DNA from: Phoronis australis
Taxonomy: Eukaryota > Animalia > Phoronida
Assembly (NCBI GenBank): GCA_002633005.1
Contig: NMRA01000488.1
Span: forward strand, 222,194-286,193
Reading direction: 5' to 3'
DNA: 64,000 nt
Positions 1 to 15,200 of the stretch are shown here, in pieces. A program made the position numbers and the translations under genes. Position 1 is the stretch's first letter; every line of letters begins with the position of its first letter. The notes under the pieces are model-generated. The model did no database searches, had not been told where the DNA came from, and was given only the letters and a program-made list of their open reading frames with translations.

Positions 1-3000
1 TTTCCTGTCAAACCAATAATAAAGAAATGCCCCCTAACACCCCTTCACAGATGACCCTTTTATTTTTCATCTTCACTTATTCCGACTCATCTAACTTCAT
101 TTACTTTTTATTTTTACTTTATTTTGTTAAGTAATGGTCAGGTGACACTGCAGTTTCTATCTTCCCATTGCTTAAATCTTTGACACCAGAATTCCAACCG
201 TATTTTGTAAAGACCTGCCATGATGACCAACCCAGGGCTAAAACCTGAGCCAGCATTTGTTGATTTAGGAAAACCCCATAGTTGAACGATCTCAAGTAAC
301 AGTAGTAGAAGTTTAATTATTTATATTTAAACAAGCCGTCCTTCTGGTAAGAACTGCATAAAAGCAAAAAGACATCCTGGGATATTCAAACTTTAATAGA
401 ACCATGGCCCAAATGAATGGAAAATAGCCACAATCAATGTCCATAAATTAAGAAAGGCACATGTCAACTCATAGAAATAATTATTGCTATTAAACCCCAG
501 GCACAGTGGACATGCCACAGGTCAATGACTGGGAAAATGTTGCTCTTGACAAAGACATAAAGACACACATTGAAATGCACCTCAGAAATGTCATGAGTGT
601 GAAAAGGGCAGAATCTGAACCTGTTCTCCCTTGCTGTTCAAATGTAGCATAAAGTCACTCATTAAGGATTTCAAGCACCCATTTGGCCCAGAATTAGCAT
701 CATTAGAAGAGTGACACAGACTAAGGTCATTTACTGGAGCAATTGTTATGATTGCTGACAGAATATAACTGCAGCTGCTATTATCCTAGGCAAAATGTAT
801 TCATTTGTTTGCAATCAGTAATACTTTTCGTTTTTCACAAAAGTACAAGGGATGCCTTTGGGCTAATACTAATCACTTCAGAAGTGTTTTAAACAGATTA
901 AGTTCATATTTCTCAGGCAAATAAGTACCAAAATAGCACTTTCCAATTCTTAAAGGCCGACTATGGGTACTGATATCAACTGAGTTTTATTACACCTGCC
1001 TACTATTGATCATGCATTTTAATCAAGTATAAGGTTCTTAATCTTAATGAAAATTTTAGTTGAGAAACTTACCAGAAAATACCACCCTGCTATACACATA
1101 TTACAGGAAGAATTTATTAGAATCATCCAAAACGCCTGGTCTGAGAAAGCTTGGTGTAGAGATCATGAAAATTTCAGCGTACCTTAAACCCCAATCCATC
1201 CATAGCCATTGAATCCAATGTCAGGTATTAACTTTGAATTCTAACACTTACTACCATAAAATTGGTCTTAACTTGTCCCTTACTCAGATGAGCTGTGATT
1301 TCTGGGCTTTCTAATAACTGGCAATATGCTCTTACTTCTAATTAAATTTAACAAACTGGACTTTGCAAGCAAGACTTTCATGTGCCAAAAAGAGGACAGT
1401 GTGCTTGTCAGTAGACAATGTGACACGTAAGATTTATGCAAACGTTTTACAAGTTAAAAATCCAATAAGAATATGACCACAAGAGAATGTCTTTGAGAAC
1501 AAAATCTAGAACTTGGTTCCTTCGAAAATAACTGCAATGATTCTCAATAAAGCAATATCAACGTCTATCTTAAAACTTCAGAGATACCTCAACTCTGTGC
1601 AGTTTACGATAACCGCTTATCAACAAAAAATTCCATAAATTGGTTGACAAGTTGAATAAAAATGTGAACAGTTTTGTGCCCGGCAAGATGTTTCAAATGT
1701 CCCACACATGTGAACGGCTTTATTAAGCAGCATCATGGTCTTCAAAATTGTGTCTGCTCTGTCCAGCTTTTAATGAGACTTTCAAGTAGCAATGTGACAA
1801 ATGATAACGTGAGGCCAGATACTAGTGACCTCTATAGGACAAGGAGGTAATTAAACGTCTGCTTAAAATGCATCACATCTAATCATGTACACTATAAAAG
1901 ATACTTTCCACAAAAAATCAAAATGTTCCCCTATGTCACCCGCTGCGAACAAGAAGCACCTCCAAATGCAACCAGGTGGCGATAAGAGTCACTGGTCCCA
2001 AATAACCCCCCTCCATTGCTTTCTGAATGTCTGACATCCTCACTACACTACAAATTACTCCCAACAGAAGTATTTACTATGAAACAATGACAATGAAAAC
2101 AACCCTTTTGTGTGAGACCAGTGAAGAGAAAACAGTTAGAAGCTTTAAGTGGTGAAGTCAACAGCAACTTACAGTATTTCACCACTCATATCTTACAATC
2201 AGAATTGCCAAGAATCGAGATCAAGGATTGCGGCTTCCGCAAATCATCCAGAGAACAGAACGGCGGGAAACGCGGACATCCCGTCATCAATCGTTGACAA
2301 AGGACAGTAGAGAACAGTCCGAAACGTACGAACTCACAACATTCCAATCTCCGAGTAGGTTGATTCTACTTGTACCAGAATAGCCAAAATTGTGATTTTT
2401 CTACTTTTCAATGGAAACTTTACCAAATGTTGTTTTGCAACGCCTACAAACTACGGCCCCCTGCTGCTAAAAGATTAAGATATTATGAATCTATTCTTTT
2501 GTTCACATATCTGTAATCCCGAATCAAATGTTATAAAAAACATAAATATTGGTAAGAAGTTAAACTCAAGACTATCAACAAAACAGGTTTTGTCAAACTT
2601 CATTTGCAATTCTCCACTTACTTTGCACAAAAATAATTGCAATTTTCCCATTTTTCAAAAGCAGACAATTTTGATAAAAATAACTGAAACCTTACTAAAT
2701 GTTGCACTATAACGCTGGTAATAGACTATTATTCACTTTACTTTGTAAAGAAGTTTGCCAACATTCATTTCATTGGTCAGCCATCTTGTGTGCTAAATAA
2801 GTGAAGAACTACCATACAACATTTTGTTTAGCAATCAAACTTGGAAGATGCCCTCACGTGCAGTCAATGTTCTATTGAGGAGATTAAAAGTCATCCAAAA
2901 ACATTTACAGTCATGTTATTTACCCACAGTGTTGCACTTCCTTTAAGCACTTGCTAAGTCTGGTTTTGATGCTGCTGGTAATTCATGTCATTAATTACTT

Positions 3001-3285
3001 TTATTCAGTTGTTTATTACATTCATCCCAAATACAATACTCTAACGCCAACAATTTCGTTGCAGCATATTTTAATGGTACTCTGACATCAGGACGGAAAA
3101 TAATCAAACTTCAATAATACTTTCAAATTTCATGCAATATTAATTTTGAGATTGCAGTCTTGAGCCTAGAAAATTTTTCAAAAGTAGCACAACAAATACC
3201 CAATGCATTCTTCATTGCTTGTCTGACTCAACTAAAAACTGTACATCGTTCTGAAAACCCAATCATAAAGTGTGTTTTCCTACCT

Positions 3286-6200
3286 CTAGAGATGAAACAG
3301 GTCTCGGCTTCTTCCTTGCTCACTTAGCTGTAGTTTTTGGGCTTCGAAAAAACAGACAGTTGGTTGTTGCTGGAGACCACACTTAACAAGTTGATTGTCA
3401 AAGCCTGGAGCATGGTCCCAAGTAATTACAAAGTGCCAACTCTTTCTTGGCCCAGAAACCACTTCTCATCAGTGTCTTAGCCATACATCGTCCAAATCAA
3501 AAGCTCATTTCTTTCACAGAAAATTCAGGTTTACAGCACGTTAAGATAAAAGAAAACGTGGCCTAGACATGGCAATAGAATTTGACCAACCTCTTGACAC
3601 GCGTCCTTGGTAGATGTTATATTAGATATGATGTCCACCACAGTATCTGGTCGAGCAGATTCATTCTCCAAGCCAGAGATGATATCAGGAATGTTGTCCT
3701 CCGCAGGTCTCTCTGATGTCTGCTCAGGTGAGGTATCCTTGTTGTCAAAGCACTCATCAATAATGGAAAGATTCCTGCGGTGCACAGGTCCCGGGTAACC
3801 AGAACCGACGCCATCTATTGAGCACCAGAGTTCATCCTCCTCAGCCGTCACTGAAACCAAACAAGCAGGTCCTGGCAATCAAAAGCAAACCTGCCACATT
3901 GTCAAATATCGCATTATCTGTCACCTTGCTTCAATAAGAACACAGCTAGTTATGCATGACTTGGCTGGACAATGATGACAGAGTTACGATTTACATCAAA
4001 TTGTTTATGTAGTCCAACTTCCCCCAGCAACAGTCACTGCATGGGCAGATGTCCTGCCAAAAGTAAGCTACAGGTCTATAGAGTTAACTTAAGACCATTG
4101 TCCAAATTTGAGAGCATTATTGCAGCAATGGTGAAAGGTTAAGCTGTGGCAGGTGCAACGTATACGGTACACGTAGACTTATTGCGCACGCACATTTCAG
4201 GCTCTTCCCGATGTCCTGCAGTTCTCAACCCGAGTGATAATCCCCCAACTACTGCGTTTGAACAAGGTTCACATTTAAATCGTGGCAAAATTCAGTTTCC
4301 GCCACACTTCCCTGCTTGTAACAAATGTCAACAAACTAAGACAGCAAGCGCAAATATTTGGTGTAGACGTGCTTACTGGTTACTAGATGATGGTGTTAAA
4401 TTACAACGCAGCAATTATTTCCAGAATGGATTGCATCAAACAATATTGTGACAATGTTTATTGAGAGGCCAATTTCAGACTTTGAGTTTGGCTTTTCGAG
4501 TGTGGACTTCAACCGAGTCTACAAGGACAATTGCTAATGGGAGAAATGTGACCTACCCTCCTAGATAAGCCTTGTCAGAAATAGCCACTGTGCTCAGATA
4601 AGTGTCGAGTTCTAAGAAAGCGCGGCGCGTTTAAAAGCCGATGTCAACTACAAACATTTGATTTGCAAGCAAAAGTAGCCGAGGCGTTACTGTTTATAAA
4701 CAAGAGCTATGAGGAGTGTTAAAATGCGCCCACCACAAACAGTGTGCTTCCAGGGTTGTTTATTTGTATCATAAAATGACCACTAGATGGCGCAAAATAT
4801 GTCGAATCCATCCGACATAGGGAACATGTCATCATTTTTTTAATAGAGAGCAATTTAAGAAATTTCATAAAAATCTGCCAAGGAACTTCAGCGAAACAAA
4901 GGAAAACGGAAAAAAAATGAAATTGCCACAAGGGGGCACACCGTTCGTCGTATCTGTCTGAAAGTAATCAGCGCATAATAAAAAACTAATGTAGTGACAT
5001 CACGCAATATTTAGACTCCACTTTCTCACTTTCTGCCGATGCCCACCTCGACACTTTGCTTGAGGGACGCACATTTTCCAGTCCTGCGGGGACATTGGGG
5101 CCAACGATTTTCTCAGACAAACTTATCTGAACTCTGGTTAAGTCCACGTTTGCACTTCCCTCTCACCACTTCCCCCATGACACCTAGACACTTGTCTGAT
5201 TAGGAACAACATGCCCAGGAGCTAACTTCCGGTGCGGACATATGTCTAGACAACATTCTTTATGATGATGCATACACTGTAATGTGCTTTGTATTGGTCG
5301 AGGACACATGTAAACTTTGGACTGTGAGGTGTCACATTTGTGCAAAACGTGGGTGTGGTGAAATAGAACAGACTGAACTGCCTTGACACACCTTAATAGT
5401 GAAGACATATTTGAGCTTTAAAATGACTTAAAGCTGCATTTTGTCCCGTTTAGTTGCCAAAAAAGACAAATAATTTTTTAATCCACTTGTCTGAATACAC
5501 TTGTTTAATAATTATTCTCACACTGATATGATTTGATTTCCCTTTCCTACAAAAAACGCCGAAACCATCAGGCACTCAAGAAAATGCTTAGAGTTTATTG
5601 GGGTTGACTATTCCGAAAATTGCAAATTCGAAAATTGTGCATACACATATTGTCTGTGACTTGAATTGGAAACAAAAATAGAATCCTATCAGGGCAAGTA
5701 ATACTATAAGACTGATTTTATGAAAGCAAAAGGCACAATACAATTTTTGTTTTCAGCCAACTACAGATGATGAAATGCAGGTTCAATCTTTGGATTCCTC
5801 AACATGTGTCCAACAGATATAACTTCGATACTAATTGCATTTAAGCAAAAACTTTCCCAGCAGCACCGAGGGACACTGTCAAAGCAGTGACAGAGCACTC
5901 GTCTGCAACATCTGGGCACTACAGTTCAAATCCTCCACTAGGTGGAGTTGAGCATCATGTTCGGAGGGTGAATGTCATGTGACTGATAAGCCCTGGTGAT
6001 GCCTACACAGGCAGAACTCGTATCAGTCTTACCAGTGTTCTCCACGACCTGATTTGATTCGTCACTTCGGTGAGTTTGAATTTTGCCTTGACAAGTTTGG
6101 CTTACTTGCGTCGACTTATGTTAAGTTTTGGGAGACTGGTCGTTTAAACCAAATTAGGACATTTTGGATTTTTGGTACCAGTTAAATGCATTTATACACA

Positions 6201-9200
6201 AAGACTCCCCACAAAATGGACACGAACTTTCAAACGCGTGCATGAATGTTGTAAATCCCATCGAGTTTGAATTTTCTTTGGTGGAGAACACTGTCAACTC
6301 GGAGAGTAAAGATGGACACTGCATGAACAGATCTGACAAAAACTAATTGTAAAACATTTTCATTGTAAAAACACTAATGCTATGATTACAGTTGAAATCC
6401 AGGCTACAATGTCCATTTAGGGGGAAATCAGAACGAAAAGGTTGAAACAAAAATTACCGGGAACAGTTTTAAACACCGGGCTGCTACGAGCCGCTTCATC
6501 TTCATCAACAGTGAATTCAGGAACGATCCTGCCCAGTGTTAAGGCACTCGGGTCGTCTGGTGAGTGTAAAACATCCAAAAAGTCATCGTCAAAACCTGCT
6601 GACTCATCGGAGAGGCAGACGTCCCAGGGGACAACAGATGTCCACACATCCTTCTCCACAGTGGACTCCATGCAGGAATTCACTTGTGCCAGGATGGCTT
6701 CTCTAGCCTGCCAACGTTCTCGTTCCCTTGTTAAATCAAAAGGGTTGTTTGGAAACAGGTGAATCTCCGTTGGCTTAATGCCGTTTTTTCGTTCTTCTGA
6801 AAATATACAATAACCTAGAAGTTTCCCTCTGTATACATGATAACCGTTTTTCTTCTGCAAGCACATTATGAGAAAAATTAGATAATAAAATTTGGCATAA
6901 ATGGTTTGAAGAGTTAAAAGAGAGAAATCATATTCTAGTCAAAGTAACCATTTACATCCCACCCCTTCTGACATAATTTTAGCCAGCGTGAAGGGAGAGG
7001 ATAAAACTTAGCTTTTAATGGTAGAATTCACAAGGAGAAAAAACGCAAGAAAGATTACCATGCCAGTGAGTAGAGAGTTTGGAAATCACGACACCAAGGC
7101 TAGAAAGAAAGAAACAACGAAAGGAATTAGGAAAGCAGCAAATTGCTCATCCCGAGCACTTGTTAAGCTATCACCGCATTTCACAATTTGAATAACTCTT
7201 AAAGTTATAGTACAAGCCAAAAGTATTGAGACAAAATAACCTGCAATTCCCCCGTCACGACGTCTGGGCAGACGCTGAATTTATCACTAGAGTAGTCTTC
7301 TTTGATGACCGAGAATGAAGGAGAATTAAGAGGAAAGTTAGAAAAATGGCTTAGCCATTCTGCAATTAGAATTTTGGCGTCCTGCCAGTAATTTTTTCTG
7401 TTAAGAGAACTAACTGTCATGATGAGGAAAAAGGTAATTTGTGCGATTATTTTTTTCTTATACTGTATACTGAGCGTTACGTAGCTAGGTAAAAACGGAC
7501 AACTTCAAAGTAAGACAAAAAAGCAAGTGGTTTAGTAAGTGAAATTAAACTCATATGAGCTCCATTCCGGCCACAGCATACGGTAACCATAGAAAACATA
7601 GAGCGTTAACATGCGCTACTTCACGACTCTTTACCACCATTGCAAAAATAAATCACAACATTGTGTGAAACAGGATCTCCCAAGGTAATAGTCGTATTAC
7701 CTGAACACCGCTCAATGTATGTCTACATAAAGTTCAGGATAACCGTTTGTTACCCACTTCTTCTCTGCAGTATGTGCACCATAATAAAGCTGATTAGAAT
7801 CGGTATGTCTGCATCCTCACAGCCTCGTTACTCATTCCTTCGCAGATGTCTTACAGCCATTAATGATTGAAACATAGGAAATAAGCTCACTGTCCAGTCA
7901 TTGCGAATATGCTCTATACATCAAACTGTAAGGTGTCAAGATTTATTTACTGATGCAAAAATTCCACATTAAGAGAACCAGAATGAATTAGTTCACTCCT
8001 GAAATAGATTTACAGTGACTTTCACTGTAAATTTCCCAGGAAGCAAGTATGGACACTTCTAATCTTCCAGTCACACTACAAACTATGGCAACTGGGAACA
8101 ATCCAGGCCAAGCTGACTCAGCAGAAATGTGAAAAGTTTAATTTTCTGCATAACTAGTGTATTCATCCAGGTACAAGATCATGGTCTTGTAATTTGAGAG
8201 TGGGAGTGGCCTTATAGATGGGAAGGCTTATATATGTCATTGAACCTTAAGATATGGGCCAATTAGAGTGAGATTCTTGCCTCACCCGACGCTCATGCCT
8301 GCGACTTATACATGTAAACTTTGAACTGGCCTTCCTAACGACAAACGTCGAACGCGAGAAGAGGCCAGTACGACTAAGAGTCACGAGAGATGTCCCAGCA
8401 GTTGGGCTTGTACCAGCACAGATATAGTTACTATTGTTTACTTTAACACATAGGTTATTAGTGACATGCACAGAAATAGAAATTTCGGTAAGTCCAACTC
8501 CAAAGATATAAGATTTCCAAATGAAATAATTTGCTCGATTATGATTTTTTCGAAACGCAATGGAGCTTCCACCATTCAAATGCCAAGCAAGTGAGAAAAT
8601 GACATCACTGGATCCAAAATTCTTCACAAAATCCGGAAGAAGTGAGACAATAAAATGACTTAAGGTATCATAAAATGAGTCAAGTCAAAGTTAATTGAGA
8701 GAGGTGAAATGAAGAAAAGGTTTTTGTCTTGGCTCGCCAAAAAGCTTAACGGTGAAGACAACGTTTTTTCATGTCATTTTTAGCAACAATAAGGTTCGTT
8801 GGTCATCCCAGACATATTTTCCACTTAATTACAGTTTTTCGTAATTTAATTAATTATTCGTCGAAATTTAATTAATTATTCGTTCTCTACTCCTGAAGTG
8901 ACGTTTTGGGAGTCATTGATATACCTCGGTTGTGAGTACAGATCGGTGAGCCAAACTTTGATGTTATTGTGGATGTGTCTAAAGTATATGAGCTAATTAG
9001 AAGGTGCCAGGTGTGTGGCGAGGGAGTCACACAGTGGTGCGTCAGCAGTTTGTGTGCTCAGGTCACTATCCAGTGGGAGTGTGTCGCAGGTCACTCGGGC
9101 AAGTGGGACTGTTGTTCCTCTGTTCGTGAGATGATAATAAGTACATCTCGGTACGCAGCAACAGTTTGGCATGTTGACTGACTCACAACCGAGGTATATC

Positions 9201-12200
9201 AATGACTGACTCGACAGCTCTCACAGTCAGACTAAATGGTGCGAAATTCTTGCCTCCCAAAACATCACTTCCGGGGTAGAGAACGAATAATTAATTAAAT
9301 TACGAAAAGTTGTAATTAAGTGGAAAATATGTCTGGGATAACCAAAGAACCTTATTTTTGCTAAAAAAAACATGAAAAAGGTTGCCTTCGCCTTTGAGGT
9401 TATGTAAGACCCTAGAAAAATGTCCAAATTTGGCCAACTTCAGAACATTGCATCTCATAAATGGCCGATCAGATTCATATGAAACTGTCAGACATTAAGC
9501 TTTATGCGCTGTTCTACAAAGTATTGTTTTTGAAATGTTCCACGTGTTTGCATGAGAGCCAATCCGAAACAGGACTTTTGTGACATTCATGAAAAAATTC
9601 TTAAGTTGCATGAAATGGAAACGAAATATTTAAGAAAACTGACAACGTTTTTAAGATTTCATTAAATAAAATTTGATAATGTTATTGATAACGTTTTGCA
9701 ATCAACGTACCTTAATTTTCTTGTTGATTAATGTTACTATGGTTACGTAACTCAATCGTGACAGATTGGTAAAAAGTCAAATAGTTTTGTAGATATTTGG
9801 CTTAACAAGCAGACTGTCTTGATAGTAAGTCTTCATAGACAACCTTAAGCAAGCTTTTGTTAAGGTATAACCGGCTTAATTCTAAACAAAATAATGCCAA
9901 GTTTATCATTTTTCAAAGCCTTAATAAATTTGTGAATGCCTACAATTTGCCATTCTTGAAACACTGTCTGATGATAGCAAAACTCTAAAACATACCAAAA
10001 ATCATTTAGTAGGTGCTATTAAATGTTAGTGACAAAAATGAACATGTTTTCATTTATCCAGCATGTGATGGAATTTTGAGGTAATAGCCTTTGTCAGTCA
10101 TCACTATGGTTACCTTTGCGCTGTTCGTGCAGTTGGTGGAAAGGGTCAAGGTCCTTTGTGGCTCGGGTGAATGTTCGCTACAAAACAAAGATAGCATGCT
10201 ATTACATTGCATGTATGAAGGCAACATGTTTAGTACGATAAAGGCACAAAACCCTGATTAGTGATTATGGTTTGTCAACATATTGACAATGCACTCTGTG
10301 TATGTCGAAGATTCCTGACTTAAAACACAAATAAAAGCCATAACGCTCATTTTTTTTGTTTTTCAAACACTCGATGTATTGACAAAAATATTTAATATTT
10401 CATCATGTGTTTATTGATGACAGTCGTAGTGTTTATAAAGTTTTCTTTGAATAATGAAGTGAGGTAGTCTTTTTATTTACTCTTGTTGAAAATTTCGATA
10501 ATTAAAATTCTACAATTTCACCATATTGTGATCTAATTTGAAGAAACTACAATATGCCGTCCAGTGAAACACCTTAACTCAACACATCATCAGCAAAAAA
10601 AGGAACCACATAATTCCAAATTGGCACAAGCACAATTTGACAAAATCTTCAAATGACAATCCAAAAGTCATTAAATGTTTTGTTGCATTGAAAAACCAGG
10701 TACGTTATTGTCTGGACAGTGTGATGACAAATCCATCAACCGCAATGACTAAATAACTCTCATTAGCACATTAATTGAAAAGAAATACGGGATGTGTGGG
10801 AGAAATCACAGAACAAAAAGCCATTAAGGGCACATTATATATTTTCATCAGACTTAACAGTATTCTGGATTATAAAATAGCAATGCCACTGTTTAACTTG
10901 CTGTTGAGGTGCCTAAAAACAAAAATCAAATTACGGTAAAATTCACCAATTTGGGACAGCCTCTAGAATTTGGGACAGTCTCTAGAATTTGGGACAGTCT
11001 CTAGAATTTGGAACACGGAAACTCCCAGAAAAATTGAATTTTCTTGATTCTTGTATTTGGGATAAGGGCAACTTTGGCATTCACCGTATTTCTTAAGTTC
11101 CGGATGTGTTTCCAATCAGCAGAGTGTGTAATTTTGATTCTTTATTTTGAGACGGCCAATATTGCCTAGTTTTAGAATTTGGGACAAGCTCAGATCTTGA
11201 GCTAAATAATTAATTTTCCACTGTCTCAATATTGGAGAATTTTTACCATTGATAGGTCTCTCACCTCATAAAATCGGTCTCGTAATATTCCTAACCAGGA
11301 ATCAATTTCCATTGCCAACCAAAACATTAATACTTGTGATGAGATGGTAACCAAAACAGAACGTTATCATGATGATGAATCATGATGATGAATATTACGA
11401 GACTGATTTTATGGGAGTAAAGGACCAATTAAATTATTTTGTTTTTAGCTACAGTGGGCGAACAGGGCGAAATTCAGCTTTAAGATATACAAGGGAAGAT
11501 AACTACTTCAGATATCTATATCTATGTTAGAAGCTGGATGTTTGGATCTAACACATCTATACCAAGTCCCGTCCATACACAGCCTACCCTAGAACAATGC
11601 GCACTAGTGCAACTTACCCCACTTTTGAGTGCAGCCTCCACACACACACATATATCTGATATCTAGGGTAAGGCAGGAGTTGTTGCTGTGTGTGTGTGTG
11701 CGTGCGTGCGTGTGTGACAATGAATACGGCGTGTCTGAGAAAACCAGTCTATATGTAACCGCAGCTGATTATTACTCCCACCCTACCCCACTTTTGCGGC
11801 CACACAGCGATTACAAGTGGCGCAAGTTATCCTAAAACAAGTTACCCCACCTGGATAATGTGGAGTAAGTTATCACGAGTGAGGGAGGTTACGTTAGTTT
11901 AAATAGCGTCCAGGCAGCACTCAAACCTAGCGACGATTCGTTCCAGGAGTAATTGTTCTAAGGTAAGTCTGTGTGTAGACTGCACTTAAGATTCCGTGAG
12001 TTCCCTTAGAAAAGGTTCAGTAGCAAGGGCAAGTCAGTAAATGCAACGGGCTATTTGCTGGCTCTAGAATTGCCTCAGTCCGAGTGGTCATCTTCAGGCA
12101 TAGTTTGGTATAGGTGTTCTTTTGGGTATTGTGTAGAGGCTATACGTAAAAGTATGTAGTAACCATACCTTTACCTTTTTAACGGACAAGAGAATGTTCC

Positions 12201-15200
12201 ATGGTCTCTGCAGCTTGTATCTGGATTGTCCTTTTACCAAATTACCAAGGTTACACAGACTATCATTCACCATTTGGTATCATTTCAAATACAGTAGTTT
12301 TCATATTAAAATGGACAACCTCGAAGTTCGACAAAGTTTCTACTTACAAAACTGCAACTAAATATCCATTTCTTTTCAAAATATCCTATTTTTGATACTG
12401 CCTCGAGAAAAAGTAGAATATTTTAAAGGGAACTCCTAAAAGCATTTTGAGAACAGTGCATAACCCCTAAAATGTAAATCTGATCACGAACTTCTGAAAT
12501 ATCATGTTCCAAAGTTGGCCAAAACTGTACATTTTTCTAGGGTCGTACAAAAACGTAAACTGATTTATAGTTCATTAATCTGATTTTCAATGTTAATCAG
12601 ATCTTTAGATCAGAGCATTTCCAACACGTTTTCTTTACGACATGTTTTGTTAAACACGACATTTCGTTTGCACTCAAACAGCCTTTAATGGAAAGACTCC
12701 AAAGCAACACAGTTACTGTAAACAGAAAATGGTCTCTTTCACAAGCTAAATGATATTAGACTACTTGTCGACCTTTGTCACTGAAGTCATTTTACTCTTC
12801 AATACTGTCCATGAATGTATAATTTCTGAATCCTATAAAATCTTGATTGATGCCTTAAATGACAGGTAGTTGTGTATAACTAGAGTGTGCTGTCATTTTT
12901 GTGACAAGTCATTTTTTGTCTTGAACATGAATTTTTAACAACATAGACATCAAACATCAAATGGGACCATTTTAAAATACATGTCGCAAGTCATATTTAC
13001 AGCTGCAGTGATCGCAGTCGTTTGAAAGCAAAAAAAAAAAACATCTGAAAAATGAGTCTGTGGGCCATACATCAAAAAACGAGTGAGGAAAATTCTGTGA
13101 GAATCAACACATTAATTAGCGAGGAACCGTCGTTCAAAACTGATAAAAGTGTCAGAAATCAAAAAGCCTGAAGAACAACGATGAAGTTTTGCCATTAAAT
13201 AAAAATCAGTTGAAGTCGGCCCTAACAAAAACCACACTAGGGCCAAAAACAACGTATCTAAAAATGTTACGAGTAACAAACATAAAATTTTATAGCGTGA
13301 ATATTGGATTATTTTACGAAGGTTGACTAACGTCTGCCGATGAGTCAGTGTAATAGATGCACTAACCTCGCTAAGCGACGCGATGTAATTATCTAACGTG
13401 TCAATATCACGCTTCAGTTCTGCTTCCTCTGCATGTAGCAGACGAATTTCCTCCTTCACGCTTTCCGAGTTACACCTGTAAAAACACATATCTCTGGTTC
13501 ACATCGGTGGCTAAAATGCTAGCGTTGCGCAAGTTGTCTACAAGGGGTCATTTTAGCCAACAAGTAGTTTGTTTCCTCTCCGTTTGAGTCACTTCTAAAC
13601 CAACATTTACGACAAACCATGTTCACTCTCTACCATCACAAAGCCGTTTACCCGTGTGCGTGTGTATACTTTGAAGTAAGCAGCACGGCAACAAAAAGAC
13701 AGTGAAAGGACCATAAGTTTTGAGGTAACAGAAACCCTTTAGCAAAGCGCTAGCAAAAGTGACCCTCGCAACTGTTCACATGACTGACATGTTCGCTACT
13801 AGCAAGAGCGCCAACATTTTAGCCAGTTCATAAACGGGATTATAGACACATATCAGACGATGAAATTCAATAATAAGAACCAGATTACACAAATCCAAGC
13901 TTAAACATTAGCACAGTCACAGTATTTAAGTTCACAACAAATTGTAAGCTTTCAGTTTTGAACTACTCATAGAGCAAGTGTTCGTCAATCAAAATTGGCA
14001 ATCAGTAGTACGATTCAACAGTCCTTGAATAAGCTTGAGCACAGAAGATTCATCGGGCTTTCTGAATATTCAACAAATCAAGCTTGTAAACCAAGCTCAT
14101 ATAAAGTCAACAGTAACTTCACAGGTCCAGCAAAACAATTTATAATTTTGGTGATACTCAAAGTGTTAAAACTACTAATTTTACCACTGAATGATGAAGG
14201 TTTGAGGTCAAAATCACACTAAAAACGTGAATATCCCACTGATAATAGAACACTAGGATATGAAAACTACACAATGTTATTCCATTCAAATATACAGTAT
14301 AATACACAATGCAGTCTCATGAGACGTCATAAAAAATGCATGGAAAATTCAAAGAGAAAACAGTTCTCCATAACTCATCACAGTAACAACAAGGAGGCTT
14401 ACTCGTTTGAATAGAGTTTGATAACCTGGGAGATTACTTATTTCTTAAGCAACTAGACTTTAGGGACCATTTATTTTATTCCAAGATTTAGCACGGGTAT
14501 TAACTCCCCATGGTATACAGACACAGACTTTCAAATATTCATCAACTTCGTAATTCCCATTGAACTCGGGAGTTTCTACGGAGCAGAACACTGCCGATGA
14601 CTCATTTCATCGTTTACCAAACTGCAGCATAAATAAAATGCAGAGGTTCTCCACATATTTTTGAACAACAGTACGCTCACCATGAACTTTCCGGCACCTG
14701 CAGAGCCACACAGCAAGTGTACAAATTACTCCACAGGACATTAGGTTTTCCACAAGCTTCTACATTAAAATTCAACACACCAGTGAAGGTGACTTTTAAG
14801 TATGGAGCTGGGTGCGTTTTAATATTATTTGCCCATCAATTACCAATCAACAGTAACACACACACACTGCAAATACATTAAGCTAAAGAGGTGATGTTTT
14901 ATTGTTTTGTGACCCTGTTTTCAATAAAAACACAATCACGGTAAGCTGGTGTGTTTGTAGTCTAAGGGTAGAGCACAGTTAAAGGTGCCTTTCATACAAA
15001 CTGAATGAATACATACAATAGGAAATACAGCTTGCCTGCTGAATAGTACGTCATAGATTTGAAGCAGGATCTGCAAAGCTAGTAAAATGAAAAAAAAGTG
15101 TGGAAGACCGCAATCCCAATCATTCATAAAGATTCACATTTACCAATGTTTTCCGTTACGACAAGTAACTCAAATATATGAAATTCGACATTGTTTTGGA

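Noticed and set aside
6154-6332. Phase-1 acceptor exon ending in a stop (alternative last exon of the EH gene)
   Set aside because: Phase-compatible, but the peptide is unrecognisable and nothing else supports it; cannot be distinguished from chance without RNA data.
10950-11012. Short direct-repeat arrays (also 58840, 62105) as possible CRISPR
   Set aside because: Head-to-tail units with no unique spacers, no cas genes, and a eukaryotic context.
7701-12231. Additional candidate exons (~12231-12175, ~8373-8286, 7722-7701)
   Set aside because: Weak splice signals and unremarkable peptides; the 10177-10114 exon alone satisfies phase continuity.
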